Virus record (IMG/VR): IMGVR_UViG_3300047094_002472
Reading direction: 5' to 3' (one strand)
DNA: 64,000 bases
Source of the DNA: a virus
How positions within the stretch are numbered: position 1 is the first letter of the stretch; the number at the start of each line of letters is the position of its first letter. The notes beneath the pieces are model-generated. The model searched no databases and had not been told where the DNA came from. It was given only the letters and a program-made list of their open reading frames with translations. Shown here in pieces: positions 18,579 through 29,103 of this stretch. A program made the position numbers and the translations under genes.

Positions 18579-19728
18579 ATAGTCCTTTGAGTATGGGTTT
18601 AATTTCTGTTTCTATTTCTTCTTTGGTCATTTCCCCAACATCGGGCTTGCTAATGGTGGGTATATAAATCCTATAGGCTTGTTGACATTTTTGTTTAATT
18701 TTTTCTGCTGCTAATCTACCGGCCTCGTCATTATCTGTTAGAATAACTAAATTCATGGCTCCGGAAGAATCAAGATAAAACTTTTGTCTGTCGCTCATTG
18801 AAGACCCGAAAATGGCCACACTATTATGTATGCCGTTTTCTTCTAGTCTCCATACATTCCCTGGACTTTCCACAACAATGGCTGTGCCTGTCTTTAGAAT
18901 ATAGTCTTTCGCAAACCATAGGTTGTACAGGTGGTTTTGACTCTTAAAGTCAACATTGTGCTTCCATTTTGGATATTTCCAAACGCTTTCCTCGTTAGGA
19001 CAACCAGCGTCAGAACTATGAAAACCTTTGCAGTTATAGCATTTTTCAAAGATGCTTCTTCCTGTGCAGCCAATCATATGGGTGTGATCATTATTGTATA
19101 TGGGCACCACAACCCTATTATACATTTCTTTATTGGGATTGGAGCATAGGCCAACATCATACTTATCAAGTATTTCTTTGCTGTATCCTCTATCAATATA
19201 GTATTGTGCGGGAACGGATAGAGATTTTCTAACCGTTTCTCTTAAAATACCGCTTTGTGTGTTTTTTTCGATTGATGGATTTATGTAGTGTACAACACTA
19301 GAAAAGTTCTTTTTTTCTGTATCTGCTCTGGATATCTTGATATTCTTAAGGTCTTGTTTCGTAAAAGACAATGCAAAATCAATCGCTTCTTGAAAAGAGC
19401 ATGTATCGTCTCCGTTTTTAGTCCACCCGTGTTGCTGGTGAGATAAAACTCCTCGTATAAATCCTATTATAGAACCCCTGAATACCTTTTCGCATCCGTG
19501 GGTTCTACAAGTCCAGTTGCCCCTATATCGTTCGCCGTCTGGATATATGTTAACGGCAGATATGTTATCTCCACCATGTATTGGGCATGCCATGGAGATC
19601 ATCTTAGGATTTGTTTTGTATTCGATATTGAAAAGCTCTAATAGACTTTCAATATTATCACAAACAGAATCTCCAACAACTTTGAGCTTAGCCTGATCAT
19701 TCGAATGGGATCGATTCATCGTTTTCAT
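18571..19728 (-). CDS. dnaG: DNA primase (CHC2-type zinc finger plus TOPRIM)
   Basis: CPIHGGDN..C..HGC zinc finger; NRVVVPI..GCTGR; VVES; LTDNDEAG. Confidence 0.88.
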   Translation of the reverse strand: MKTMNRSHSNDQAKLKVVGDSVCDNIESLLELFNIEYKTNPKMISMACPIHGGDNISAVNIYPDGERYRGNWTCRTHGCEKVFRGSIIGFIRGVLSHQQHGWTKNGDDTCSFQEAIDFALSFTKQDLKNIKISRADTEKKNFSSVVHYINPSIEKNTQSGILRETVRKSLSVPAQYYIDRGYSKEILDKYDVGLCSNPNKEMYNRVVVPIYNNDHTHMIGCTGRSIFEKCYNCKGFHSSDAGCPNEESVWKYPKWKHNVDFKSQNHLYNLWFAKDYILKTGTAIVVESPGNVWRLEENGIHNSVAIFGSSMSDRQKFYLDSSGAMNLVILTDNDEAGRLAAEKIKQKCQQAYRIYIPTISKPDVGEMTKEEIETEIKPILKGLYD

Positions 19729-21154
19729 TATCTACTATAAATCCGTCTTTAGGTTTGTTAACATTATTCAATATTTCGAGTCTTGTGCGTCCTTCCGAAA
19801 TTTTTGCACACCACCCCTTCATATGACAATTAATATAGTCGTTATCATCCAATCCTCCGCCATGACGACTAATTAAAGGCACCAATTTACGATTACCACT
19901 ATCCGGACCATCCTCAGCAATTTCTTCATCAGACTTGCGCTTGAAAATACTAAAATTACTGCACAGCCAAATAATTCTATCTGAACCAGAGGCAGTATCC
20001 GTACTTTCTTTGGTTATGCCGTCTCTATTAAGCTGGATAAATGCAACAATTGGAACCTTGTACCTGACTGCAAAGTTATGCAGGCTGGTCATCATAAAGC
20101 CTAATACCTGATACTCTTTCATATCTTGAGAGATACCGGTACTATCCATAAGCTTTAGATAGTCATAAAATATAACGCAGTCTTTTGCGGTTCCATCATC
20201 ATTTAGGCCAACGTCCTTCATAATCCATCTACGCATGATAGCCAATTGTTCTTCAAATGGTTTTCCGGCAATGGATTTGTGATAGAGCTTTATGGACTTT
20301 AGTTGTTCCACAGCGTCCATGATTTTATTTCTGGCCGCTGGCGTTTGGCTAAACTTGCCGGTTTCAATAGAGTTTATCTCCGTTTCAGTCATCATAGCAA
20401 GAACTCTATTAATATGGTCTTGCTTTGTCATTTCTGTATCCATGTTTAATACAGGAATATTTAACTTAGCAACATTATAGCCCATATTATCAGATAATAG
20501 TGTTTTACCAGTTTTCGGTCTTGCTGCAATTACATTAACAGTACCCTTTCTTAGACCACCACCAATAGCTTGATCATAAACAGGAAACCCTGTAGAAATA
20601 CCAACCTGATCAACCTTGTTTTCCTCCAGATATTTGATGTACTCGTCCAACCCCTGCCCCATTGTTTCTGGATTATTATCGTTTCCATCATTAAGCAGAG
20701 ACGAGAAGTTGAAAATAGCATCTTCTGCTATGGCTAGTATAGAGGTTATGGGTTCTGATCCGTTAACCTCTAGGATCTTATCTTTTGCCCCTTCTAGCTG
20801 AGTTCTTAGTAGTCTAGCTATTTCAAGTTTCCTGATTTTAGCAGCAAACTTTCTGACATTTTCCAGACTAACAGGAAAATCCATGATAGCCTTTAGGTGC
20901 TGGGCCTCTTCTTTTTTGGATAGAATATTAGAGACACCAATTTCCTGAGCTATAGAATATATTGAGGCTATATCAATAGTAGGCTTATGTTCTTTTTCAC
21001 AGATAGTCTTGATACACTTAAATATAATACCATTACTATCTATAGTAAAAGATGTTGGCTGTAGTATATCGGCAACATCTAAGTAAGCATCTTCTCCGTA
21101 TTTGCAGATACCGGCCAAGACGGCCCTCTCTGCTGCTGGATCACACAAAATCAT
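19697..21154 (-). CDS. dnaB: Replicative DNA helicase
   Basis: AERAVLAG, GISTGF, AARPKTGKT (Walker A), EM, FYDYLKL, QLNR. Confidence 0.93.
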   Translation of the reverse strand: MILCDPAAERAVLAGICKYGEDAYLDVADILQPTSFTIDSNGIIFKCIKTICEKEHKPTIDIASIYSIAQEIGVSNILSKKEEAQHLKAIMDFPVSLENVRKFAAKIRKLEIARLLRTQLEGAKDKILEVNGSEPITSILAIAEDAIFNFSSLLNDGNDNNPETMGQGLDEYIKYLEENKVDQVGISTGFPVYDQAIGGGLRKGTVNVIAARPKTGKTLLSDNMGYNVAKLNIPVLNMDTEMTKQDHINRVLAMMTETEINSIETGKFSQTPAARNKIMDAVEQLKSIKLYHKSIAGKPFEEQLAIMRRWIMKDVGLNDDGTAKDCVIFYDYLKLMDSTGISQDMKEYQVLGFMMTSLHNFAVRYKVPIVAFIQLNRDGITKESTDTASGSDRIIWLCSNFSIFKRKSDEEIAEDGPDSGNRKLVPLISRHGGGLDDNDYINCHMKGWCAKISEGRTRLEILNNVNKPKDGFIVDNENDESIPFE

Positions 21155-21166
21155 ATTTATCCTCTA

Positions 21167-21538
21167 TTACCCTGCTGATATGGCGCATTTGTTGCATTTG
21201 TATCTGTCTGCGGACTCTATGATAGATGGATCGACCGCCTCTGTCTTGCCGCAAACTCTACAAGCGAGTTTCAAAGGCTTGAACTCATCTCTTCTAGGTG
21301 TTGGGGGAGATTTATTTAGTTTTTTGTCTATGGCTACGTCTTCTTTGTGCATTCTGCTTTCTGCCATTTGATCAAACATATTAACTCTAGTCGGCTTCTT
21401 TGGTGTGGTATCGGCCGACTTTTTTCTGCTTTTGGTCTTTTTTGGGGTTGTTGTCTCAACAGGATCTGCCTCGTCCTGAGTCAACCCTCTTTGCAATATG
21501 GCTATTAGTTGTTTAATGTCGTCGTTATTAAGACCCAT
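21167..21538 (-). CDS. Hypothetical protein with a C-terminal zinc ribbon
   Basis: CRVC..CNKC. Confidence 0.6.
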   Translation of the reverse strand: MGLNNDDIKQLIAILQRGLTQDEADPVETTTPKKTKSRKKSADTTPKKPTRVNMFDQMAESRMHKEDVAIDKKLNKSPPTPRRDEFKPLKLACRVCGKTEAVDPSIIESADRYKCNKCAISAG

Positions 21539-22010
21539 GTTTCACCTTTGTTTTTTGAATAGATAACATAATATCAGATAGATGCTTCACACTATTTGCT
21601 AAATACTGAAGCCTATCACTTCTTTGTTTCGCATATTTCTTTATCTTATTTAATGATAGGGCTTTGTCATTATGCTTTATAGCTTGTAAAGACTTCTCAA
21701 TATAACCATATCCCTTATAATTATTTATCTCATCGGCTATAATCTCTTTTATCGTCTCATCTGCCCAATTCAATCTTGATATTTCTCTATTAATACTACG
21801 CTGAATATGGAACGCAAACTGACCCAGCCTATATGCTATCTCACCACAAACTTCTGGTGTGGTTTTTTCCAATTCGTCTCGACTCATCTGAAAATAGCCA
21901 TTAAGTTCTTCCTCTGAGAAAGAGTCTGGTTTATAAGACCCCATGCCGATGCTTTTTTCATACTCATCAAGCACCCGATCCCATTCGTTAACTTGTTCTT
22001 TAGTGTTCAT
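21528..22010 (-). CDS. Helical hypothetical protein; possible UvsY-like recombination mediator
   Basis: Coiled-coil character and position between recA and dnaB; function speculative. Confidence 0.45.
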   Translation of the reverse strand: MNTKEQVNEWDRVLDEYEKSIGMGSYKPDSFSEEELNGYFQMSRDELEKTTPEVCGEIAYRLGQFAFHIQRSINREISRLNWADETIKEIIADEINNYKGYGYIEKSLQAIKHNDKALSLNKIKKYAKQRSDRLQYLANSVKHLSDIMLSIQKTKVKHGS

Positions 22011-22407
22011 TTTTTATCCTTGATATCCATTGGTTTGTTTCGTCAAAGGGAAGCTCTATGTATTCTATGCCATTTAATTCACACCAATCTTTTTTTTCTT
22101 GGTCTCTTTTTTTGTGTCTAATAAATCCAAGAGGGGTATTGTGAAAAAACCGACTAAATTTATAATGTTGTTCCCCATGAACTTCTATGCATTTTTTTAT
22201 AAGTGGTAAGTAAAAGTCTAAATAAAGAGTTTCCGAACGCCTAGGATTAATTGGAACTTCTTCTAGTATCTGTAGGGTTGGAAAACACTCGCGTATTAAG
22301 TCCCTAGCCTGCAAATGCAAACTAGACTTATTCTGTATAGATCCATGTGCTATATTACCTATTAATTGCCAATTATGGGTATTGCCATCTAAATCTTTTA
22401 CTTGCAT
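22000..22407 (-). CDS. Vsr/DUF559-like PD-(D/E)XK endonuclease
   Basis: YLDFYLP..CIEVHGEQHY..RD..K..WC..NGI motif. Confidence 0.7.
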   Translation of the reverse strand: MQVKDLDGNTHNWQLIGNIAHGSIQNKSSLHLQARDLIRECFPTLQILEEVPINPRRSETLYLDFYLPLIKKCIEVHGEQHYKFSRFFHNTPLGFIRHKKRDQEKKDWCELNGIEYIELPFDETNQWISRIKNEH

Positions 22408-23420
22408 TGTATTCCCATGGTCTCCTTAACCTTTGTCCATAAATCATTATAGACTTCAGGATGGTCTAATAGATACTGTCTTGTTTTCTCAAGACCCTGA
22501 AACTTTGGCTTTTCTTCCACCGAAGAAATAGTATACCACGCACCACCCTTAGATATTAACCCAAGGTCTACAGCGAGCGTGAGCAGTTCCATTTGTTTAT
22601 CTATACCCTGCCCGTACCTTAAATAACTAGTAATCTTTCCACCCGGCGCTCCTAGAGCAGAACAGACAACTTGCCAGTGAACCTCTTGCCCAATTTGTGG
22701 ACTATCTGTGGTAAGGTTCCATGGACTAAAGTAGTTGGCCTTGATCTTAATATCTGTTTGATATGCGATAGCCTGACCGCTCTTTTCTTTCCATTCACTA
22801 TGACCCATACCTGGATTACCCATTTGATGAGTAATACCAATCACTATATTCCTATTTACAGGAATCACATTAGCGACTTTTCTACAAAACTTAGCGAGTA
22901 ACTTTGCACCATCCGCTCTTTGCATCTTATTCATATCGCTTGTAATTTCTGTCTCGGTACATAGAGCAGAATATGAGTCTATGATAACAACAGATCCCGG
23001 CACTTCATTAATAATTCTTTCGGCTATTTGTAGGTATTCCTCTGCATGTAAGATTTTACCTTCTTGGGATCCTATGATATTAAATTTTTCTAGATTAAGT
23101 CCGGGTATACCTTCTAGATCTCGCTTTTTCAATCTACCTTCTATGTTCAGGTAGTACACTTCTCTCCCATCCTTAAATGACCCGTGAGCATATTCCTTTT
23201 TCTGTGCGGTTGCGCAAAAGTCTAGTGATGTTGTGGTTTTACCACACTTGGGTTGACCGGTAAAAATAACGAAAGAACCTTCTGGTATTCCGCCGTTCAA
23301 AACTACATCTAGTGCTGGACTTACCGGTATCGTTACTAGAGTTTTATCAATAACAGCATTGGCTGTTAACATTACATTATCACCAAAATTCTTCTTTACA
23401 TCTTCTTTAAGACTCATCAT
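22398..23420 (-). CDS. recA: RecA/UvsX-like recombinase
   Basis: LDVVLNGGIP, GQPKCGKTT (Walker A), VVIIDS (Walker B), GID..LAVDLGLISKGGAWY. Confidence 0.92.
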   Translation of the reverse strand: MMSLKEDVKKNFGDNVMLTANAVIDKTLVTIPVSPALDVVLNGGIPEGSFVIFTGQPKCGKTTTSLDFCATAQKKEYAHGSFKDGREVYYLNIEGRLKKRDLEGIPGLNLEKFNIIGSQEGKILHAEEYLQIAERIINEVPGSVVIIDSYSALCTETEITSDMNKMQRADGAKLLAKFCRKVANVIPVNRNIVIGITHQMGNPGMGHSEWKEKSGQAIAYQTDIKIKANYFSPWNLTTDSPQIGQEVHWQVVCSALGAPGGKITSYLRYGQGIDKQMELLTLAVDLGLISKGGAWYTISSVEEKPKFQGLEKTRQYLLDHPEVYNDLWTKVKETMGIQCK

Positions 23421-23832
23421 CTAGCCCCTTTAGTTTCGATATGATATTATTAGTAGTTCTTTCTTTTCTAAATACAGTTTTTTCTGTTCTGTCTAGTTCC
23501 AAAGAAAGTTCCTGGTTCCTTTGTGCTAACGCATTTTCTTCTTGTTCTATGATAGGTATAAGATGAGGCGCTCGCAGAGAGTAAATTTTTTCTGCCTTCT
23601 TGCTATTCAAGGCTTTTACTATTGAAGTATCAGAATAGGTTTTTAATAACTTATGTGCTGAAGCTATTTGATTACGGTAATAAGCCGCCCATGTTTTTGT
23701 TACCCAAAATCTATAGTGAAGATCCTGCTTATTTATTTTAGCTTTTCTTTCACATATTATCTCGGTAATATACTGAGCAGCCGATACAGTCTTCCCATTG
23801 GAATACTTGGACGGATATTTATTAGCAGACAT
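23407..23832 (-). CDS. Hypothetical protein
   Basis: 141-aa ORF within the operon, overlapping recA. Confidence 0.6.
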   Translation of the reverse strand: MSANKYPSKYSNGKTVSAAQYITEIICERKAKINKQDLHYRFWVTKTWAAYYRNQIASAHKLLKTYSDTSIVKALNSKKAEKIYSLRAPHLIPIIEQEENALAQRNQELSLELDRTEKTVFRKERTTNNIISKLKGLDDES

Positions 23833-23838
23833 TTTGTC

Positions 23839-24174
23839 TTAGTTCTTGGGTCGAAATATAGCGTTTCTGGCTGTTCTAGAAATAATAGGTTCTGCTGATT
23901 TATTAACTTCTTCTGCCTTGGTAGATGCCGCAGCTGTCATAATACTAACTCCACCCCTATTGCCCTGAGTTTTAGTTATCATAAGCTCAGGATCCCTATT
24001 ATCAGTGCTGGATGTGGTTGTGGGAATGTTTGCCTTCTTAGTATTGATATTAAGTATTTTTTCGACCTGCTTTTGGGTCAGCCCTATCTCCTTTGCTATA
24101 TTCTTTATGTCCATTTGAATAGTAACATGAAGATATCTAGCAGCATACTCGTGTGTTTTCGTAACAGCTCCCAT
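23839..24174 (-). CDS. Hypothetical protein with a possible HTH
   Basis: IKNIAKEIGLTQKQVEKIL helix-turn-helix-like segment. Confidence 0.5.
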   Translation of the reverse strand: MGAVTKTHEYAARYLHVTIQMDIKNIAKEIGLTQKQVEKILNINTKKANIPTTTSSTDNRDPELMITKTQGNRGGVSIMTAAASTKAEEVNKSAEPIISRTARNAIFRPKN

Positions 24175-24567
24175 TTAGATCAGCTCCCTTTCCGCATTGT
24201 TAAGCCATGCTATGTTTTTTGTTCTTAAAAAGTTAACGTACTGGTCAAAGATACCCTTATTAACCTCTGTAAAATTCCACTCATTCTTTCCTATTTTTGC
24301 TAAAAACTTTCCAGACGTACCTTCCGTATACATACCAATAGGGTTGTATATTCTGCCGTGGGTTCCGGTTTTAATAAAATACCTACTCGAAGCCGCTGTG
24401 CTCACGCTCTTTGCTAATACCTTTGAGCTATCTTTCAAAACCCTGGGATTATTGTTTTCGTCTAGAAATTCATGTTCTCCCAAAAAGCAATACAGTGTCT
24501 CTTTTCTTTCTGTATTGTAGGACTTATTAGCGTTAGGTGTGAAAATAAAGTCTTTTTCATTTTTCAT
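24175..24567 (-). CDS. Hypothetical protein
   Basis: 130-aa ORF within the operon. Confidence 0.6.
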   Translation of the reverse strand: MKNEKDFIFTPNANKSYNTERKETLYCFLGEHEFLDENNNPRVLKDSSKVLAKSVSTAASSRYFIKTGTHGRIYNPIGMYTEGTSGKFLAKIGKNEWNFTEVNKGIFDQYVNFLRTKNIAWLNNAERELI

Positions 24568-24570
24568 AGT

Positions 24571-24921
24571 TTATACCCACTTTGTTTTTGTTTTTTGCCT
24601 AGTCATTCTAGACATACCCTTTGGAAGAGGTGCATCCGGCTTATTCTCTTTGTATTCGTTGTGTTTTGTCTTAAGATACTGCTTTTCGTCATTGCTCATT
24701 CTGTCGGTGTTTCTTTTAGCTAAATCACCAACGGTCTTTAATTCAGAGTCGGATTTTTTAACGGAAGAACTAAGAGTAGCAGCATCCTCTGTATACATTC
24801 TATGAACAGAAACATTAGATTCACAAAATTCACAAGGAAGCTTGTCGTGATAATCTTTAATCGAACAAACTACTTCGTACTTCTTATTACAGGCTTCGCA
24901 AAAAAATGTATATGCAGGCAT
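24571..24921 (-). CDS. FmdB-family zinc-ribbon protein
   Basis: MPAYTFFCEAC..YE..CEFC..R; start at 24921 through a TAATG overlap. Confidence 0.75.
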   Translation of the reverse strand: MPAYTFFCEACNKKYEVVCSIKDYHDKLPCEFCESNVSVHRMYTEDAATLSSSVKKSDSELKTVGDLAKRNTDRMSNDEKQYLKTKHNEYKENKPDAPLPKGMSRMTRQKTKTKWV

Positions 24922-25502
24922 TATAAGTATGATTCCGGTAGATAGGCAGACCACTCTTCTGGCAATTCTTTCCTTATCTTAAACAGGAAGTGTGTGATAG
25001 GCAAGTATTTGGAACTCTTCTTTGGTGCTATTGGGAGATTATGTAGTGGCATATTAGCTTGTTTTGGCGTTCTATTTCCCTTTTTCCTATTGCACTCAAC
25101 ACACGCGGTTACTATGTTGGTCCAATTAGTCGGAGACCCCGACCTATCTTTCCATGAGGATTTGGGTATAACATGATCATAGGTTAGCTTATTAAGCTCT
25201 TGTCTAATCCCACAATATTGACAGCTATAATTATCTCGTATAAATAAATTCTTACGAGAAAAATTAACCCTTTGATCATGAATCCTAAAATATTTAGAAG
25301 TTTTTACAACCGCTGGGATAGGGTATTTTTTATTATTAACACCCTGAATAAAATCATTTTTATAGAAATCTATAATCTCCACCCTCGGCTTTTCATCCGC
25401 TTCGTTTTGCATCGACCATATTAAAGCTTTTTTCCACCCAATAATACCCAAAGCCGAATAATCTGCATTAAGAATTAAACATTTACTGTTTTCTATTTTC
25501 AT
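24921..25502 (-). CDS. HNH endonuclease (McrA-like)
   Basis: RDNYSCQYCG..LTYDHVIPKS..WTNIVTACVECNRKKG. Confidence 0.9.
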   Translation of the reverse strand: MKIENSKCLILNADYSALGIIGWKKALIWSMQNEADEKPRVEIIDFYKNDFIQGVNNKKYPIPAVVKTSKYFRIHDQRVNFSRKNLFIRDNYSCQYCGIRQELNKLTYDHVIPKSSWKDRSGSPTNWTNIVTACVECNRKKGNRTPKQANMPLHNLPIAPKKSSKYLPITHFLFKIRKELPEEWSAYLPESYL

Positions 25503-26211
25503 AAGATTCTAAGCGTCCCAAAATCTTTGCTATAATTGGGTTTCTCACGATATCACTGGCTTCCAGTTGAGAAACGCCGATTCCTTCTAAACCATCAAGA
25601 GTTCTAATCAGATCAATAAACCCACCTTGAAGATGTCTGCTTAAATCTGATTGTCCAACGTCGCCAGTCAATACCATTTTACTCTCTTGTCCGGTTCTAG
25701 TCAAGAGCATTTTCAGTTGATCGTATGATGCGTTCTGACACTCATCCGCTACGATAAAAGAGTTATGGAAGTTACGTCCTCTCATAAGACCAAGAGGCAC
25801 CACCTCTATCTTATTATTAAGTCTTAGTGAAGCATATTGTGCAGATGATATGAAGTGGTTTATCTCGTCTATAATGGGTAATAGATAGGGGTGCAGTTTT
25901 TCTTCTGCTGTTCCGGGAAGATATCCAATCTTTTCTCCTGCTTCTATTACTGGTCTGGTAATAATAATCTTTTTGACTTTTTCATCTAATAGGTACTCTA
26001 TAGCCATACCTATAGCGATATGTGTTTTACCAGAACCAGCAAGGCCCTGACAAAAGGTTATGGTATTTTCCGCTATGTTCCTAATGTAGTCTCTTTGATT
26101 TTCTGTTCTTGGTTTCAGTCTGTTTCTATAAGCATATCCATTACTGTTTATTTCATTTGTTAAGTCTATGACCTTAGACTTCTTCTTGGACCCTTTATTG
26201 TTTTTTCTCAA
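25483..26211 (-). CDS. phoH: PhoH-family ATPase
   Basis: GLAGSGKT, IIITRPVIEAGEKIGYLPG, MRGRNF, DECQN, LTRTG, GDVGQSD, DIVRNP. Confidence 0.95.
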   Translation of the reverse strand: MRKNNKGSKKKSKVIDLTNEINSNGYAYRNRLKPRTENQRDYIRNIAENTITFCQGLAGSGKTHIAIGMAIEYLLDEKVKKIIITRPVIEAGEKIGYLPGTAEEKLHPYLLPIIDEINHFISSAQYASLRLNNKIEVVPLGLMRGRNFHNSFIVADECQNASYDQLKMLLTRTGQESKMVLTGDVGQSDLSRHLQGGFIDLIRTLDGLEGIGVSQLEASDIVRNPIIAKILGRLESYENRKQ

Positions 26212-26261
26212 GGTGTGTCCTTTATTATGAGATATGATATATTAAAAATACGCTATACTTA

Positions 26262-26267
26262 TACACC
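26262..26267 (-). promoter_or_regulatory. GGTGTA motif upstream of phoH (candidate phage promoter)
   Basis: - strand AAGGGTGTATAAGTATAG, about 50 bp before the start. Confidence 0.55.
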
Positions 26268-26293
26268 CTTTAATCATTTATATATGGATATAT

Positions 26294-28486
26294 TTATAGT
26301 AAACATGCCCCTCCAGCGCAGCTAACCTCTTCTATTCCGGCCGTATTATCTTCTGTTTCAGAAAGCTGCGTATAATCAACCTTCTTAAAACTATCAAATA
26401 AATCACAATATATTTTCCAATTATAAACGTCCTTCATGCAATAGGTTAGTCTCTTAAGGTCGTCCTCAAAGTACTTACTTGCGAACCTTCTCATCTTGGT
26501 TAAGAATAATAACTTATTTTCTTCGTCATCAATCTTGTTCTGAGACATAATAATATAGTCACAAGCGGCCCAAAGGTTATTGTTAAAAGCATTTAGTCCT
26601 AACTCTATTAGACCAGAACACCACAGAGCCGCATCACCATATTCTTTTACAATTTCTCTACTAGTATAAACGGTAGTGAATGGGGCTTGTGGATAATCCT
26701 TATCACCGCTTTGTGGAATAAGCGATATGCCAGCAAAATACTTTCTATTATCATAGATGTATCTTGTTACATCGTCCCACTCATCCGGTTTAACCGTAAC
26801 AGTATTGCTAACATTATGACTCAAATACTCTTGAGTACACAGTGCTCTATTTTTACCAGAATTAACCCAATTTTTTTGTGTTTCCTTTACCACCTGTAGC
26901 ATCTCTACTGCTGGTAATTGATTCTTTAATTTTGCCCCGTCCGGAACCTCAATAGGAAACTTGATTACTTCGTCTGTATTATTGGCCGACCACGAGGATT
27001 TTTCGCAGGCTTGCGGGTTTAGTTTCTTGAAGTGTTGGTATGGTGCTTCTAAAACGTTCGCCTGTACGTGCCTGATATAGCGTTTAGCGTGGTGTGGGTG
27101 GATACCCGAGCTTGTACCCAACATACTACTACTAGTACCCTCTGGCTTTAAACAGGTCACTCTAGCGGCTTGATTAATACTAATCTTTTTGGATATTTGC
27201 TTATTGGTGTCTACGGCAATTTTTGCACCCTTGGTTAATACGTTTTCGGATAATACCAAATCGTGCTTTTCCATAGTGCCGGTTAGCGAAACACCAAGCA
27301 GTGCTTCTCTATTAAAAATATTTTCACTAATCTTGCCAAGATAGTCTAGCTTAGTAAAACCAGCTTGTAAAGTGCCGATAATGGCTGCTGCCTTGCATCT
27401 CTCATAAAAGTCTTCTTCGTCAACAACGCTAGAGCAATTAATAGTCGATAGGTTACAGCCCTGCCAACCACTTTTTCCGGTTTGTTCATCAATTGGCCAC
27501 ATGCCTATTTCTACGCATGGATTAAAAATCATTTCTGTTGATTCGCTCCAAATAAATCCTGGCTCGCCAAACTCTTTCACAGATTGCATGAGAGTATTAA
27601 ATTCTTCGAACGTAGTCTCATTCTTAAGAAGTAGGGCCGAGTTGTTACTTCTTGCCCTTTGCGGATTTTCTACATACCAGTTTCCGGTCTTGGCCTTGGC
27701 CATTTCTTCATCATCAGGACTAAAGAGAGCCAAGGATGCGCTTCTGCGTACACCGCCAGATAGAACAGCATCGCTACTATGCATTACGATATCATATGCA
27801 TCAATTGGTCGAAGTCTTTTTTGACCATTGGCCACGCATCTGTCTAATAAGGCTCGAATTTTTTCTAGACCCTTTTGCAGCGGTTCAAAGCCTGGGGCTT
27901 TACCAACGCCAGAACTTAACGAAGACCCCTTAGTTCTAATATTTGAGTAATCAAAAACAATGTGGCAATTTTTGTATTCTTTAAACTCGTCTACTGGCTT
28001 ACTAAAGTAAGAACTTAGCAGAACTCCCAAAGCGTCCGCCCAGCCTTCTATACTATCTTCTATAACGTATTTTGTACCGATATCCTGCTCTACTTCATGT
28101 TCTAGTGTTGGCAGCTTGGCGACATGGTGTTTTTGTACGCTAAAGCCCGTCCCGCTCCCGCAGAGCAGTAGCCAAAAACATTCCTGAAAAAACCTCAACC
28201 TGTCACAGTATGAACTTGTGCAATTATAGATCTTGGCGTGTCTCTTTAGAATGGGATCTCCGCCAAACTGTAGCGCTCTTTGACTACCTAGAACCTTCTT
28301 CTTATACATCATATCGTATGCCCAGTTGATTTCTTCCGAAATCCCGTAGGAATCATACTTAGAATGCATCATGTTTTTGACGCGCTCAACCGCTTCTTTC
28401 CATGTCTCTCTACGATTCTTGTCTTCGATCCATCTGGCATATTTACTAACAAATGTATAATTCTGTAGTTCTTGTAGAGCAGACAT
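26294..28486 (-). CDS. nrdJ: Class II (adenosylcobalamin-dependent) ribonucleotide reductase, monomeric RTPR-type
   Basis: NCTS, GSGTGFS, VLSGGVRRSA, NPCVEI, GCNL, KPEGTSS and C-terminal CAGGAC; no nrdB in the window. Confidence 0.88.
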   Translation of the reverse strand: MSALQELQNYTFVSKYARWIEDKNRRETWKEAVERVKNMMHSKYDSYGISEEINWAYDMMYKKKVLGSQRALQFGGDPILKRHAKIYNCTSSYCDRLRFFQECFWLLLCGSGTGFSVQKHHVAKLPTLEHEVEQDIGTKYVIEDSIEGWADALGVLLSSYFSKPVDEFKEYKNCHIVFDYSNIRTKGSSLSSGVGKAPGFEPLQKGLEKIRALLDRCVANGQKRLRPIDAYDIVMHSSDAVLSGGVRRSASLALFSPDDEEMAKAKTGNWYVENPQRARSNNSALLLKNETTFEEFNTLMQSVKEFGEPGFIWSESTEMIFNPCVEIGMWPIDEQTGKSGWQGCNLSTINCSSVVDEEDFYERCKAAAIIGTLQAGFTKLDYLGKISENIFNREALLGVSLTGTMEKHDLVLSENVLTKGAKIAVDTNKQISKKISINQAARVTCLKPEGTSSSMLGTSSGIHPHHAKRYIRHVQANVLEAPYQHFKKLNPQACEKSSWSANNTDEVIKFPIEVPDGAKLKNQLPAVEMLQVVKETQKNWVNSGKNRALCTQEYLSHNVSNTVTVKPDEWDDVTRYIYDNRKYFAGISLIPQSGDKDYPQAPFTTVYTSREIVKEYGDAALWCSGLIELGLNAFNNNLWAACDYIIMSQNKIDDEENKLLFLTKMRRFASKYFEDDLKRLTYCMKDVYNWKIYCDLFDSFKKVDYTQLSETEDNTAGIEEVSCAGGACLL

Positions 28487-28487
28487 C

Positions 28488-28622
28488 TCATCTCCTGTTT
28501 AAAATTATTGAAAGTAAACCTAGCACTATTATCGCACGAAAACTATTTTCTTGCATTGTGCGATCATTATAAATAAGCGCATATACATATAAACCAATAG
28601 ATATATAAAAACATATTGTCAT
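28488..28622 (-). CDS. Small membrane protein, 44 aa (not in the ORF track)
   Basis: MTICFYISIGLYVYALIYNDRTMQENSFRAIIVLGLLSIILNRR; ATGA overlap with the dCMP deaminase stop; fills the gap exactly. Confidence 0.55.
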   Translation of the reverse strand: MTICFYISIGLYVYALIYNDRTMQENSFRAIIVLGLLSIILNRR

Positions 28623-29095
28623 ATTACACCAGACAAATCTTTCAACCACGAAAGATCCGGATTGACTTTGAATATTTTTATACCACTCATGGTAACAAAA
28701 GTATCAAATCTTTGCTGTGCATCAGAATCAAATAAGTGAGTTCCATGATCATCTATCATATAAACAGTACCCACGCCCTCTTGCCAAAGAGCCATAATGC
28801 AATCATTACAGCATTGACCGGTTACATAAGCAATTCCATTATCCGGCCTAACTACGCAATTAGATAATGCGTTTCTTTCAGAGTGTACCATCCATGGATA
28901 TTTTTCTGGCCTAGATGTTGGTAATTTTTCATCGTCCAATCCTCTTGGAAATCCATTGTATCCCACACCAAGAATTCTATGATTCTGGTCAGTAATTACG
29001 CAGCCGTGTTTTGTGTGTATATCGTGGCTACGTTGAGATACAACCTTGGCCAATCCCAAGAAATAGTCAGTCCATTGTGGTCGTTGGTGCTTCAT
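28619..29095 (-). CDS. dCMP deaminase
   Basis: W..YF..LA..VS.RS, GYNGFPRG, HSERNA and CCNDC zinc motifs. Confidence 0.92.
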   Translation of the reverse strand: MKHQRPQWTDYFLGLAKVVSQRSHDIHTKHGCVITDQNHRILGVGYNGFPRGLDDEKLPTSRPEKYPWMVHSERNALSNCVVRPDNGIAYVTGQCCNDCIMALWQEGVGTVYMIDDHGTHLFDSDAQQRFDTFVTMSGIKIFKVNPDLSWLKDLSGVI

Positions 29096-29103
29096 GATCC
29101 CTT

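Noticed and set aside
12598-28486. Inteins or introns in dnaE, dnaB, recA or nrdJ
   Set aside because: No intein terminal motifs or LAGLIDADG blocks; DnaB, RecA and NrdJ have normal lengths.
27749-28630. GGTGTA hexamers inside coding sequence (27749, 28625, also 40802)
   Set aside because: A 6-mer is expected by chance several times in 64 kb; only intergenic, correctly spaced copies were counted.
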